Below, piece by piece: positions 49,685 to 58,624 of a DNA stretch of 64,000 nt. Each line of letters opens with the position of its first letter. The stretch's first letter is position 1. The position numbers and the translations under genes are program-made. Source of the stretch: Roseibacillus sp. (GTDB lineage: Bacteria; Verrucomicrobiota; Verrucomicrobiia; Verrucomicrobiales; Akkermansiaceae). The stretch covers positions 224,001 through 288,000 of the forward strand of contig CBDEUM010000022.1 in the NCBI GenBank assembly GCA_965242925.1. Direction: 5' to 3'. Below the pieces are notes generated by a model that did not search any database, was not told the origin of the DNA, and saw nothing but the letters and a program-made list of their open reading frames with translations.

Positions 49685-51079
49685 TTAAGACAGTTTCAAA
49701 TGATAGGATTTGGGCTGCGTCAGCGCCTCGAACCCCAGGGGCGAAAGCGCGTATCCGGCACCCGAATGCTTCACCCCCGTCCACACCAGGGCGGGATCGA
49801 GATAATCGCAACGGTTGGTGAAAAAAGTACCGGTTTCGATTTGCTCGCCCAGTTCCACCGCCCGCTCGATATTCCTCGTGAAGACAGAAGCGGTAAGGCC
49901 GAACTCGGAATCGTTCATCAAGCCAATGGCCTCTTCATCCGAGAAGGTCTTCTGAATACCCACAACAGGCCCAAAAGTCTCCTCCGTCATCACCCGCATG
50001 CTGTGGTCCACGCCGGTAAGTATTTGCGGAGCCATGTAAGCCCCCGAGGGATTATCCGCGGGAAACAGGGAACTATCGATGTGGGCCGTCGCCCCCTTGG
50101 CCAAGGCATCCTCCACCTGTTCACGGGCAAAGGCCGCAGCGGATGGCTTTACCAACGGCCCCAAGGTCGTTTCCGGATCATCAGGTCTTCCCAGCTTGTA
50201 TCGCCTGGTCAGTTCCACCGCCTTCGCGACGAAGGCGTCGTGAACCTCGGTGTCCACATAAATGCGTTCGATTCCACAGCACGATTGCCCGGAATTGAAG
50301 AACGCCCCGTCCACCAGAGTCTCCACCGCGGCGTCCAGATCGGCGTCGGCGCGCACGTAGGCCGGATCTTTGCCGCCCAGCTCCAACCCGAGACTGATAA
50401 ATCTTCCCGCCACGGCCTTTTCCACGGCGGCTCCGCCGGCTACCGAACCAGTGAAACACACGTGCTGAACCTGCTCGGATCGGATCAGCTCCGCGGTATC
50501 TTCATGGGAAAGGTGCAAATACTGGAACACTCCCCTCGACAAGCCGGCGGCCTCGAACGCCTCGTAAAAGCGCTCGGCGCACAACGGCGTCTGGGCGGAA
50601 TGCTTGAGAATAACGGTATTGCCCGCCAACAACGCGGGAACCACCGCATTCACGGCGGTCAGATAGGGATAATTCCACGGAGCGATAACCGCCACCACCC
50701 CCTTGGGGTCCCTTTGGATGTAACGGCGAAAGCCCTCCTTGGGCTCCACCTCCACCGGAGCCAGAGCGGTCTCGGCGATACTGATCATATGGCGGGCCCT
50801 CTCCTCAAAACCGCGCACCTCCCCGGCCGCATAGCGGATCGGCCGTCCCATCATCCAGCTGATTTCTTCCGCAATACTCTCCTTGCGGGCGACAAAAGCG
50901 TCCACCATGGCCGAACACACCGCAGCCCTCTTCGAGACAGGGATCATTTTCCACTCATGCAAGGCCACCTCGGAGGCAGCCAAGGCCTCCATCCACTGTT
51001 GTTTGCCCGCCAACTGCCGGGTCACATACACCGAGCCGTCGACCGGCGAAACCGTCTCCTGTTTTCTTGTTTCGGCCAT
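49685..51079 (-). CDS. NAD(P)-dependent aldehyde dehydrogenase
   Basis: PWNYP, FTGS, LELGGKDP, FNSGQSCC, EETFGP; start at ATG 51079. Confidence 0.95.
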   Translation of the reverse strand: MAETRKQETVSPVDGSVYVTRQLAGKQQWMEALAASEVALHEWKMIPVSKRAAVCSAMVDAFVARKESIAEEISWMMGRPIRYAAGEVRGFEERARHMISIAETALAPVEVEPKEGFRRYIQRDPKGVVAVIAPWNYPYLTAVNAVVPALLAGNTVILKHSAQTPLCAERFYEAFEAAGLSRGVFQYLHLSHEDTAELIRSEQVQHVCFTGSVAGGAAVEKAVAGRFISLGLELGGKDPAYVRADADLDAAVETLVDGAFFNSGQSCCGIERIYVDTEVHDAFVAKAVELTRRYKLGRPDDPETTLGPLVKPSAAAFAREQVEDALAKGATAHIDSSLFPADNPSGAYMAPQILTGVDHSMRVMTEETFGPVVGIQKTFSDEEAIGLMNDSEFGLTASVFTRNIERAVELGEQIETGTFFTNRCDYLDPALVWTGVKHSGAGYALSPLGFEALTQPKSYHLKLS

Positions 51080-51101
51080 CACTCCAATCCCTGTTGCCGA
51101 T

Positions 51102-52478
51102 TCAAATGATTTCGAAATATCTCTGCATTTCCCAGTCCGATACGTGCTTGCGGTACTCCAGAGCCTCCCAAACGCGGGTTCCGGCGTAATGGTCCACAAA
51201 GGCGTCTCCAAAGAGTTCCCGCGCGGCTTCCGAGCCACGCAACGCCTCCGCCGCCTGCTCCAGGGAGGTCGGCAATTCCAGCGAGGCGTCGTGCTTCCGG
51301 GCATACGCATTGCCCTGCACCACCTCCACCGGCTCAAGCTGGCGCTCAATGCCCAACAGGCCGGACCCCAGGGCGGCCGCCAAAACGATGTAGGGGTTGG
51401 CGTCAGCGGAGCCTAGACGGAATTCCACCCGCTGCGATTTGGCTGACCCCGGAATGATTCGCAAGGCGGTTGTGCGATTCTCGCATCCCAAAGTGGCGTG
51501 GGTCGGCGCCCAGAACCCGGGAACCATACGGGAGTAGGCATTCACCGTCTGGGCCAGCATCGCCGTCAACTCCGCCATGTAACGTTGCTGCCCGGCCACA
51601 AAATGCCGCTGTATATCACTCATGCACATCGGTTGGTCGGCGTCAAAAAATGCGGAGCCCGAACCGTCGGCATAATCGAGCGAAAGGTGAATATGTCCGG
51701 ATTGACCCGGATAATCGTTGGACCACTTAGCCATGAAAGTCGCCATCAACTCTCTGCGTTGGGCCCATACCTTGACAAAGGTCTTGAACAACGCCGCCCG
51801 ATCGGCGGCCTCGGCGGCATCTGTCACGGCAAGGGCCGCCTCAATCACCCCGGGACCGGTCTCGGTATGAATCCCCTCGATCGGAAACTCCATGGTTTCG
51901 GCCAAACCCAGCAACTCGTGATACAGATCGCTGAAGGTCGAACAACGCAGCACGGAATACCCGAAAAATCCGGGGCTTATCGGTTGCAGATTGCGGTATC
52001 CCTTCTCTCTGGCGCTGTCCGGAGTCTCATTGAACATGAAAAACTCATACTCAAAAGCGGCGTTGGCTCGAAACCCGAGAGACTCGGCACGCTCGAGAAC
52101 CCGCCCCAGCAGGTTGCGCGGACACAATCGGGCTGCCTCGGCGGCAAACTCGCACAGGAAGAATAAAGTTTCCGGCTCAAAAGGAATTTCCCGGCAGGTC
52201 TCCGGCAAAATCCGTATCTGGGCATCGGCATAACCGGTGTGCCACCCGGTGAAGTCGGTACCGACATTCTCATAAAGCTGATCATTGGAGTCCCACCCCA
52301 ACACCACGTCACAAAAGGCGAACCCGTGATCCAGGGCGCCGAGAAACTTCTCCCGGCTGAGGTATTTTCCCCGCATCACCCCGTCCACATCGATAAAGCC
52401 GACTTTAACGTTCTTGATATCCCGCTCTGTGACGATGCGTTTGGCGTCTGCGGCAGTGTTCACATCTCTTGCTTCCAT
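51102..52478 (-). CDS. Glutamine synthetase-like gamma-glutamyl-amine ligase
   Basis: DVDGVMRGK, FEYEFF, HTETGPG..E, FMAKW...GQSGH.H.S, ENRT..LR, EFR..ADANPY, WEMQRY. Confidence 0.9.
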   Translation of the reverse strand: MEARDVNTAADAKRIVTERDIKNVKVGFIDVDGVMRGKYLSREKFLGALDHGFAFCDVVLGWDSNDQLYENVGTDFTGWHTGYADAQIRILPETCREIPFEPETLFFLCEFAAEAARLCPRNLLGRVLERAESLGFRANAAFEYEFFMFNETPDSAREKGYRNLQPISPGFFGYSVLRCSTFSDLYHELLGLAETMEFPIEGIHTETGPGVIEAALAVTDAAEAADRAALFKTFVKVWAQRRELMATFMAKWSNDYPGQSGHIHLSLDYADGSGSAFFDADQPMCMSDIQRHFVAGQQRYMAELTAMLAQTVNAYSRMVPGFWAPTHATLGCENRTTALRIIPGSAKSQRVEFRLGSADANPYIVLAAALGSGLLGIERQLEPVEVVQGNAYARKHDASLELPTSLEQAAEALRGSEAARELFGDAFVDHYAGTRVWEALEYRKHVSDWEMQRYFEII

Positions 52479-52650
52479 ATCTTTGACCCTGTTCGTTGTT
52501 ACTATGCCGCAGGTTGCTCACTGACTCCCGTCAAATCAATACGCTTGAGCAGGCAGTCCCCCACTCACCCCAGCCTGCCGGCCCGTTCCGGAGATTTGAC
52601 GAAAAACAGGTTTTCTTTCACTGATAGCTGAACTCGTTATATTTCAGGAA

Positions 52651-54090
52651 ATGCCCGGCGAAGCCCCCCCTTCCAGATCTGATGCAGGAACCTTTCGCCC
52701 TTATTGGTTCGATGAGGCTTTGAACCGCGAAGGTGAACCCGAAATCACACCGCTTAACGGACATATTGCTTCTGATGTTTGTATTGTGGGGGGCGGCTAC
52801 ACCGGATTGTGGACGGCACTCATGCTCAAGGACCAGGATCCCGATATCAAAATCACCATTATCGAGAAAGAACTCTGTGGGTATGGAGCTTCTGGAAGCA
52901 ACGGTGGATGCGTTTTGACGCTTGCGACCAAATACTTTTCCTTGTGCCAGTTCTATGGACGGAACGAAGCCAGGAGGCTCGTGAGAGCATCAGAAGAAGC
53001 GGTCCAAAAGATCAAGCAGTATACTGAAGAACACCACATCGACTGTGATTTAAGGATCGATGGAGCCCAATACATTGCCACAAATGACGCGCAAGTCGGC
53101 GTCATGGATGAGGTTATTCAGGCTCTGGAGGAAGAAGGGATCAACTCGTGGGTGCGGCAACCCCTCGGAAAAGCGGTTGAATTTGCAGGAACCAATGAAA
53201 TCAGGGAGGCATTCTTCTCACCCAATGCCGGAAGTGTTCAACCCGCTTTGTTAGTTCGAGGTCTGGTGCGGGTTGCCCGTGAGAAGGGAATTCAAATTTA
53301 TGAACACACCCCCATGGATCAAATCCTTTCTGATAAGGCGCGTCCCAAAGTAATGACCCCGCATGGCTCGATTGATGCGGGAAAGATCGTGTTGGCCATC
53401 AATGCATGGATGGCTTCGGAGTTCAGGCAATTCTCCCGAAGCATCGTTGTAGTTTCCTCGGACATGGCTATCACCGAACCCATTCCCGACAAGCTTGAAG
53501 AAGTTGGCCTGACTCATGGAGCTACCATTTGTGATTCGCGCACCTTTGTTCATTATTTCCATACCACCAGCGACGGGCGACTTCTGTTTGGTAAAGGAGG
53601 AAACACCTTTGCCTATGGGTCTAAAATGCTGTCGTTGTTTTTTCAAGCCAGCGCGTATTCATCACAACTTAAAAGAGCCCTCGCGCGATTCTTTCCAAAA
53701 TTCAAATCTGCGAAATTGGAACAGACCTGGACCGGCGGTTCTGATCGGTCCACGACAGGGTTTCCATTTTTTGGCAATCTGGACGAGCATCCCAATATTC
53801 ACTATGGATTTGGCTATTCCGGGAACGGGATCACGCAATCATGGCTGGGCGGCAGGATTCTGTGCTCTCTTTGCCTGGACCGCGACGATGAATGGAGTCG
53901 ATGCGGTTTTGTCGGTGGGCCCAGAGGATATTTTCCTCCTGAACCCATCCGTTGGATCGGGTCCATGATGGTGCGTAACGCCATTCGACGCAAAGAAGCG
54001 GCCGAAGATGCCGGAGTTCGTCCGAATATTTATGATTCCCTGATGGCTCGTTTTGCAAAATCGGCAGGCAGATCTGATAAGAGGGCCTAG
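52651..54090 (+). CDS. FAD-dependent amine oxidoreductase (DAO/PuuB superfamily; resembles putative aminophosphonate oxidoreductases)
   Basis: PYWF..AL start, VGGGYTGLWTA, GASGSNGG, GYSGNG, PPEPIRW.G. Confidence 0.85.
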   Translation: MPGEAPPSRSDAGTFRPYWFDEALNREGEPEITPLNGHIASDVCIVGGGYTGLWTALMLKDQDPDIKITIIEKELCGYGASGSNGGCVLTLATKYFSLCQFYGRNEARRLVRASEEAVQKIKQYTEEHHIDCDLRIDGAQYIATNDAQVGVMDEVIQALEEEGINSWVRQPLGKAVEFAGTNEIREAFFSPNAGSVQPALLVRGLVRVAREKGIQIYEHTPMDQILSDKARPKVMTPHGSIDAGKIVLAINAWMASEFRQFSRSIVVVSSDMAITEPIPDKLEEVGLTHGATICDSRTFVHYFHTTSDGRLLFGKGGNTFAYGSKMLSLFFQASAYSSQLKRALARFFPKFKSAKLEQTWTGGSDRSTTGFPFFGNLDEHPNIHYGFGYSGNGITQSWLGGRILCSLCLDRDDEWSRCGFVGGPRGYFPPEPIRWIGSMMVRNAIRRKEAAEDAGVRPNIYDSLMARFAKSAGRSDKRA

Positions 54091-54206
54091 TATCGCGATC
54101 AGCCCCAATTGTGAATTTCCTGGCAATAATGGTTTGCTTGATTTCCTGGCAACGGATTCATTGCGATGTCGCGCACGATCATGAACCAGGCGTATTTTTG
54201 ATTTAA

Positions 54207-54983
54207 ATGACGATCATACTCTCACCTGCCAAGACCCTCGATTTTGGAGACCAGTGCTTTACAGGAAAACACAGTGTGCCTGATTACCTGCAGGAGTCCG
54301 GGGAACTAATTGCCAAGCTGGTCAAATTGCCCAGGTCGGAGCTCAGGAACCTGATGGGAATCAGTGAAAACCTGGCTGAACTTAATGCCCAACGCTACAG
54401 GAAGTGGTCGATCCCGTTTACAATCGACAATTCCAAGCAGGCTTTGCTGGCATTCAAGGGAGATGTTTATACCGGGTTTGACTTTGGGAACTGGAAGGCT
54501 GCTGATTTCAACTTTGCCCAGAAGGAGTTGAGAATACTCAGTGGATTATACGGGATCCTCCGCCCTCTTGATTTAATCCAGCCCTATCGCCTCGAGATGG
54601 GCACCCAACTGGCAACCCGGCGCGGAAAAAACCTTTATGCTTTCTGGGGGGAAACAATCACCTCGGCTCTCAATGAAGTGGTGGCCGCAACCCGTAACAA
54701 GTTCCTCGTGAACCTGGCCTCGAATGAGTATTTCAGTGCGGCAAACCCCGATGCCCTGGAAGCTGATGTGGTCTCACCCGTTTTCAAGGATCTCAAGAAC
54801 GGAAAATATAAGATCATCAGTTTTTATGCCAAGAAAGCCAGGGGACTGATGGCAGATTTCATCATCCGGAACCGATTGAAGAGCCCCGGCGACCTGCACG
54901 CTTTTGACCTTGCCGGATATCGTTATGACAAAGCGGGATCCAGCCCGGAAGCGCCCCTATTCCTCAGGGATGCACCCGCTTAA
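54207..54983 (+). CDS. yaaA: Peroxide stress protein YaaA (DUF328)
   Basis: LSPAKTLD, F.GDVY, ILSGLYG.LRP.D.I.PYRLEMG, NLASNEY, FYAKKARG. Confidence 0.96.
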   Translation: MTIILSPAKTLDFGDQCFTGKHSVPDYLQESGELIAKLVKLPRSELRNLMGISENLAELNAQRYRKWSIPFTIDNSKQALLAFKGDVYTGFDFGNWKAADFNFAQKELRILSGLYGILRPLDLIQPYRLEMGTQLATRRGKNLYAFWGETITSALNEVVAATRNKFLVNLASNEYFSAANPDALEADVVSPVFKDLKNGKYKIISFYAKKARGLMADFIIRNRLKSPGDLHAFDLAGYRYDKAGSSPEAPLFLRDAPA

Positions 54984-55099
54984 TTCGGAGTGGCGGAAGA
55001 AGGCCGTCATCTTCAATAAAAGGGCCGGAAACAAAGTCCGAATCGCCCGCTGGCGTAAATAATTCACCAAGGGTCCCCAAAGTCAGATTCCCGCGAGAG

Positions 55100-58000
55100 T
55101 CACTCCGCAGGCCGCGCTTTTAAGAAAGCGATCAGGTCCGCCATTTCCTTCTTCGAGATCGAGGCCTCCAATCCCTCCGGCATGAGGGAGCGGCCGGTGG
55201 AAGAGAAGCTCGCGATCTGATCGCGGCGGATGGTCTGAGCGGTGGACCCGGGTGCGCGCAACTCGACGGTGGTGGCGGTCTCACTCGAGATGATCCCGGC
55301 GGTCTCTTGGCCGGAACGCAGTTTGAGCTGATAGAGAGTCCAGCGCTCCTCCACTGCGCGATTCGGGTCAAGGATGTCGGAAAGGAGGGCTTCCGGGGGT
55401 TTGTTGCGTGCATCCCGGATGTCCGGGCCAATCGATAAGTTGTCTCCGCTGCGCACGTGACAAGCGGCACAGCCCGCCTTCTCGAAGACCGCCTTCCCGT
55501 GCTGCGCATCGCCGGGACGGAGCGCGTCCTGATAGTCAGCGACAACCTTGGCCCGGTTGGCTTCCATTTTGCCAAAGAGCTCCGCCACAAGATCTTTCAC
55601 GGCGGGATCGGAAGAGCGGCCGAGAGTCCAACGCTTCATGGCGGGCATGAGAGCCGGCGAGATCTCACCGCTCTTCATCTTCTTCATGAGGCGCAGGGTG
55701 GTGGCCTTGTTTCCGGTGATCAGAGTAAGCGCTTCCCGTCGCGGAACGGGCGCGAGGGCATCCCAGCGAGCGAAGAAGAAGTCGGCCACCTTGCTGCGGT
55801 CATGCCGAGTGAGGGCCCGGCAGGCCGCGATCTGGAGTTCGGGGGGCTGCCTTGGGGCGATCAGCTTCTCCATCAGGGGGAAGAGGTTACCCTGAACGAG
55901 GGCGAGCGCGTCGACGCGTTGCGCCACCGGTCGGGAAGCGTCCAGAGCAGTCCGAGCGGCGGACTCCACTGCGGTCCGGATGCCGCCCAGTTTCTCCTCG
56001 AGCGAAGCGGGAGGATCGCCGAGGAGGGCCGCGAGCGACTTGAGCGGCCCGCGTGGCAGTCCGCGGACGAGACCAAGAGCGATGACGGTGACCTCCGGCT
56101 GCCTGCGACGACTGGCCGCATCCAGCAACCGGGCGAGGTCTTCGACCTTCCCCCGCGCCGCCACAGCCTGGCTGAACTCGAGGAGCACTTCGGAAACCAC
56201 CTTTTCCTGGGTGGTGAGGAGATGCACCAGCACAGCGCCCGGGGTCTGGGGCGAGATGCTGAGAATGGCGCGGCGCATCCACGGGTCCATTGCGTCACGC
56301 GCGAGGAGGGCGGCCAGTTGCTCCATCCCGGCCTGCTTTCCGTGTAGGGCGGCGGTCAAAAGGCGCACCCGCGGATCGTGGTGGGCGAGCAATTTGGCAA
56401 GACGTGGGCGCAGGTTCACATCCTTTCGGCGCGCGGCGGCAAAGATGGCGTTTTCCACCACGCCCGCCACCGGATCCTCGAGGGCTCCGAGCACCAGGGC
56501 GGCGCTCAAGGCCTCGCCAGTGCGTTCGTGAATCCCCTGCAGAGTCCAGAGCGCGTGCAGGCGGGCGAAAGGAGAATCAGACTCCATCAATAGGTCTGTT
56601 ATTTTCTGAACGAGTGCAGCATTCGCTTGCGCAACGAGGAGGCGCTGGGAGTTGATCCGCCGCCAGGGGATGGGGCTGCCGAGTTCTGCGACGAGGGCGG
56701 CGGGATCTGCCGGGAGCGCTTTGATCCTTCGCGGTTTGGCGCCCCTGGGGGCGAGGCGCCAGATCCGTCCGTGATCGAATCCCGCCCTCATGTAGTTGGT
56801 CTTGGAGAACTCCTCGGGGAAGTAGATGGCGTGGTCGATGAAGCGCCGGTAGAGGTCGCAGAGGTAGAGGGCGCCATCGGGGCCGTTGCGCAGATTGACC
56901 GGGCGGCTCCATTCGTCGGCGGAGACGAGGAAGTCGCGCTTCTCACCGAGGCGGCGCGCTTCCAGGCTTCCGCCCTTGGCGAGGAGGAGGTTCCGGGTGA
57001 CGAGCTGGGCGGTGGGATCGCAGACGAAGAGATTTCCGCGCAGGTCCGGCATCCAGTCCCCGCGGTAGACCGCCAGTCCGCAAGCGGAGGTGTGGGTGCC
57101 GGCGTGGGCCACCGAGGTGGTGTGGCTCAGCTCCAGCGGATAGACACGTGCGGCGGACTCTTGGATGTTTTCGTGGGTGGCCGCGAAGCCGGCGAAGGGA
57201 TTGCGGTCTGCGAGGGCGCGAGGGAGGACCTCCAGCATCGCCGGGTTGCGGTTGCTGCAGAAAAAGACGCGGCCGAAGTCGTCGAGAGTGGCGCCAAATT
57301 GCCCCACGCCCGACTCCTTGCGCAGTTTGCCGGTGCGCGGATCGTAGACGAGGTTGAAGCCACCGTAGGCAAACTTCTCGGCGGGCTTACCGGAGGGATG
57401 AATCTCCTTCCCGTTGATTCCGTTGTTGAGATGGATGGTGTTGTCTAGTCGCCAGCGGGGGGAAGCGAGTTGAAGCTGGCTGTGTTGGGGCGTGTTGGTG
57501 GTATAGAGCGGGGTACGTTGGTCGGCCACGCCGTCGTCGTTGGTGTCCTTGAGAAATAGGAGGCCTTCGCGAGAGGTGAGCAGAAGACCGCCGTCAAAGC
57601 AGAGCATGCCCTGCACGTCCTTCAAGTTCTCCGCCCAGGTGCGCGCGTGGTCCATTTTTCCGTCCCCATCGCGGTCTTCCAACAAGCGGATGCGGCCGAG
57701 GCGCGGACCGTGTTCGGGCGGGAAGGGATAGTCGCGCATCTCGGCCACGAACATCCGTCCGCGTTCATCCCAGACCACGTCAGCGGGATCGCACACCAAC
57801 GGCTCGGCAGCCACCAGCTGCAATTCATAGTCGCCGTCGATGCGCCAGGCGGCCTGCGATTTCTCCGGGCTCCAGGGTTCACGGCGGGGCAGGAGCGAGC
57901 GGCCGGTCTCCGAGTAACCGGTGTCGGTGGAACGCTGGGCCGGCTTCCAGCCTTCCTTGAACTGTCCCAGCGGCCACAACTCGATGCGACGGACGAAGAG

Positions 58001-58624
58001 CTCGGCACCTTCGCTGCGCAGAGCGAATTTTCCGGCCACCTTGCCGGCGCGCTTGTTGACCTTCTTACCGTTGAGATGCACGAGGAGCTCCTTCGCACCG
58101 ACCACCACCTCCAGGCGATTCCACTCGCCCACCGGATTCTCCAGATCCTTCTCCCCCCGGAATCCCTTGCGGTCGACCCATTCCCAGTGAGCGTCGGTGC
58201 GGGGAAGGCGCTTTCTTTTTTGAGGCAAGTCGCCGGTTCCTGCAACGACCGCTCCGGTGGCGCCCTCCTGCAGGACGACCTCCAGCGAGTCCCCGATAAG
58301 CACGCCGCTCTTGCGCGCCGCATCGCTTCGTTTGCCCCAGGTCTGCTCGCCCCACTTGTACTCGAGCACGAGGTGAAAGCTTGCATAGGTCGCCTCGGTC
58401 CGAAGCGATCCCCACCCCTTTCCCGTGATCTGGAGGAGACGTTTATCCGCCAGACGCCACACGTCTCGTGGTTGGATCGAGAGACTCTCACTAGCATTGA
58501 GATTACCCGTGAAGTTCCGGAACTCTGCATCGGGAAACAGGTCGATCTTCGCTTGCGGTACCACCGGCTCGGCGGCGAGCGGACCAGAACTCAGGGCGAG
58601 GACGAGGAAGGCACGAGTGCTCAT
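55100..58624 (-). CDS. PVC-type membrane-bound dehydrogenase-like heme protein with N-terminal DUF1080 and C-terminal cytochrome c
   Basis: GEWNRLE, LVAAEPLV.DP, GPDGALY, HEAT-like repeats, CAACH, IGPD, SLMPEGLE. Confidence 0.88.
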   Translation of the reverse strand: MSTRAFLVLALSSGPLAAEPVVPQAKIDLFPDAEFRNFTGNLNASESLSIQPRDVWRLADKRLLQITGKGWGSLRTEATYASFHLVLEYKWGEQTWGKRSDAARKSGVLIGDSLEVVLQEGATGAVVAGTGDLPQKRKRLPRTDAHWEWVDRKGFRGEKDLENPVGEWNRLEVVVGAKELLVHLNGKKVNKRAGKVAGKFALRSEGAELFVRRIELWPLGQFKEGWKPAQRSTDTGYSETGRSLLPRREPWSPEKSQAAWRIDGDYELQLVAAEPLVCDPADVVWDERGRMFVAEMRDYPFPPEHGPRLGRIRLLEDRDGDGKMDHARTWAENLKDVQGMLCFDGGLLLTSREGLLFLKDTNDDGVADQRTPLYTTNTPQHSQLQLASPRWRLDNTIHLNNGINGKEIHPSGKPAEKFAYGGFNLVYDPRTGKLRKESGVGQFGATLDDFGRVFFCSNRNPAMLEVLPRALADRNPFAGFAATHENIQESAARVYPLELSHTTSVAHAGTHTSACGLAVYRGDWMPDLRGNLFVCDPTAQLVTRNLLLAKGGSLEARRLGEKRDFLVSADEWSRPVNLRNGPDGALYLCDLYRRFIDHAIYFPEEFSKTNYMRAGFDHGRIWRLAPRGAKPRRIKALPADPAALVAELGSPIPWRRINSQRLLVAQANAALVQKITDLLMESDSPFARLHALWTLQGIHERTGEALSAALVLGALEDPVAGVVENAIFAAARRKDVNLRPRLAKLLAHHDPRVRLLTAALHGKQAGMEQLAALLARDAMDPWMRRAILSISPQTPGAVLVHLLTTQEKVVSEVLLEFSQAVAARGKVEDLARLLDAASRRRQPEVTVIALGLVRGLPRGPLKSLAALLGDPPASLEEKLGGIRTAVESAARTALDASRPVAQRVDALALVQGNLFPLMEKLIAPRQPPELQIAACRALTRHDRSKVADFFFARWDALAPVPRREALTLITGNKATTLRLMKKMKSGEISPALMPAMKRWTLGRSSDPAVKDLVAELFGKMEANRAKVVADYQDALRPGDAQHGKAVFEKAGCAACHVRSGDNLSIGPDIRDARNKPPEALLSDILDPNRAVEERWTLYQLKLRSGQETAGIISSETATTVELRAPGSTAQTIRRDQIASFSSTGRSLMPEGLEASISKKEMADLIAFLKARPAE

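Noticed and set aside
51102..52478. Housekeeping glnA
   Set aside because: Lacks the typical GSI N-terminal FDGSS and adenylylation-type motifs, and the catabolic gene context points to a gamma-glutamyl-amine ligase.
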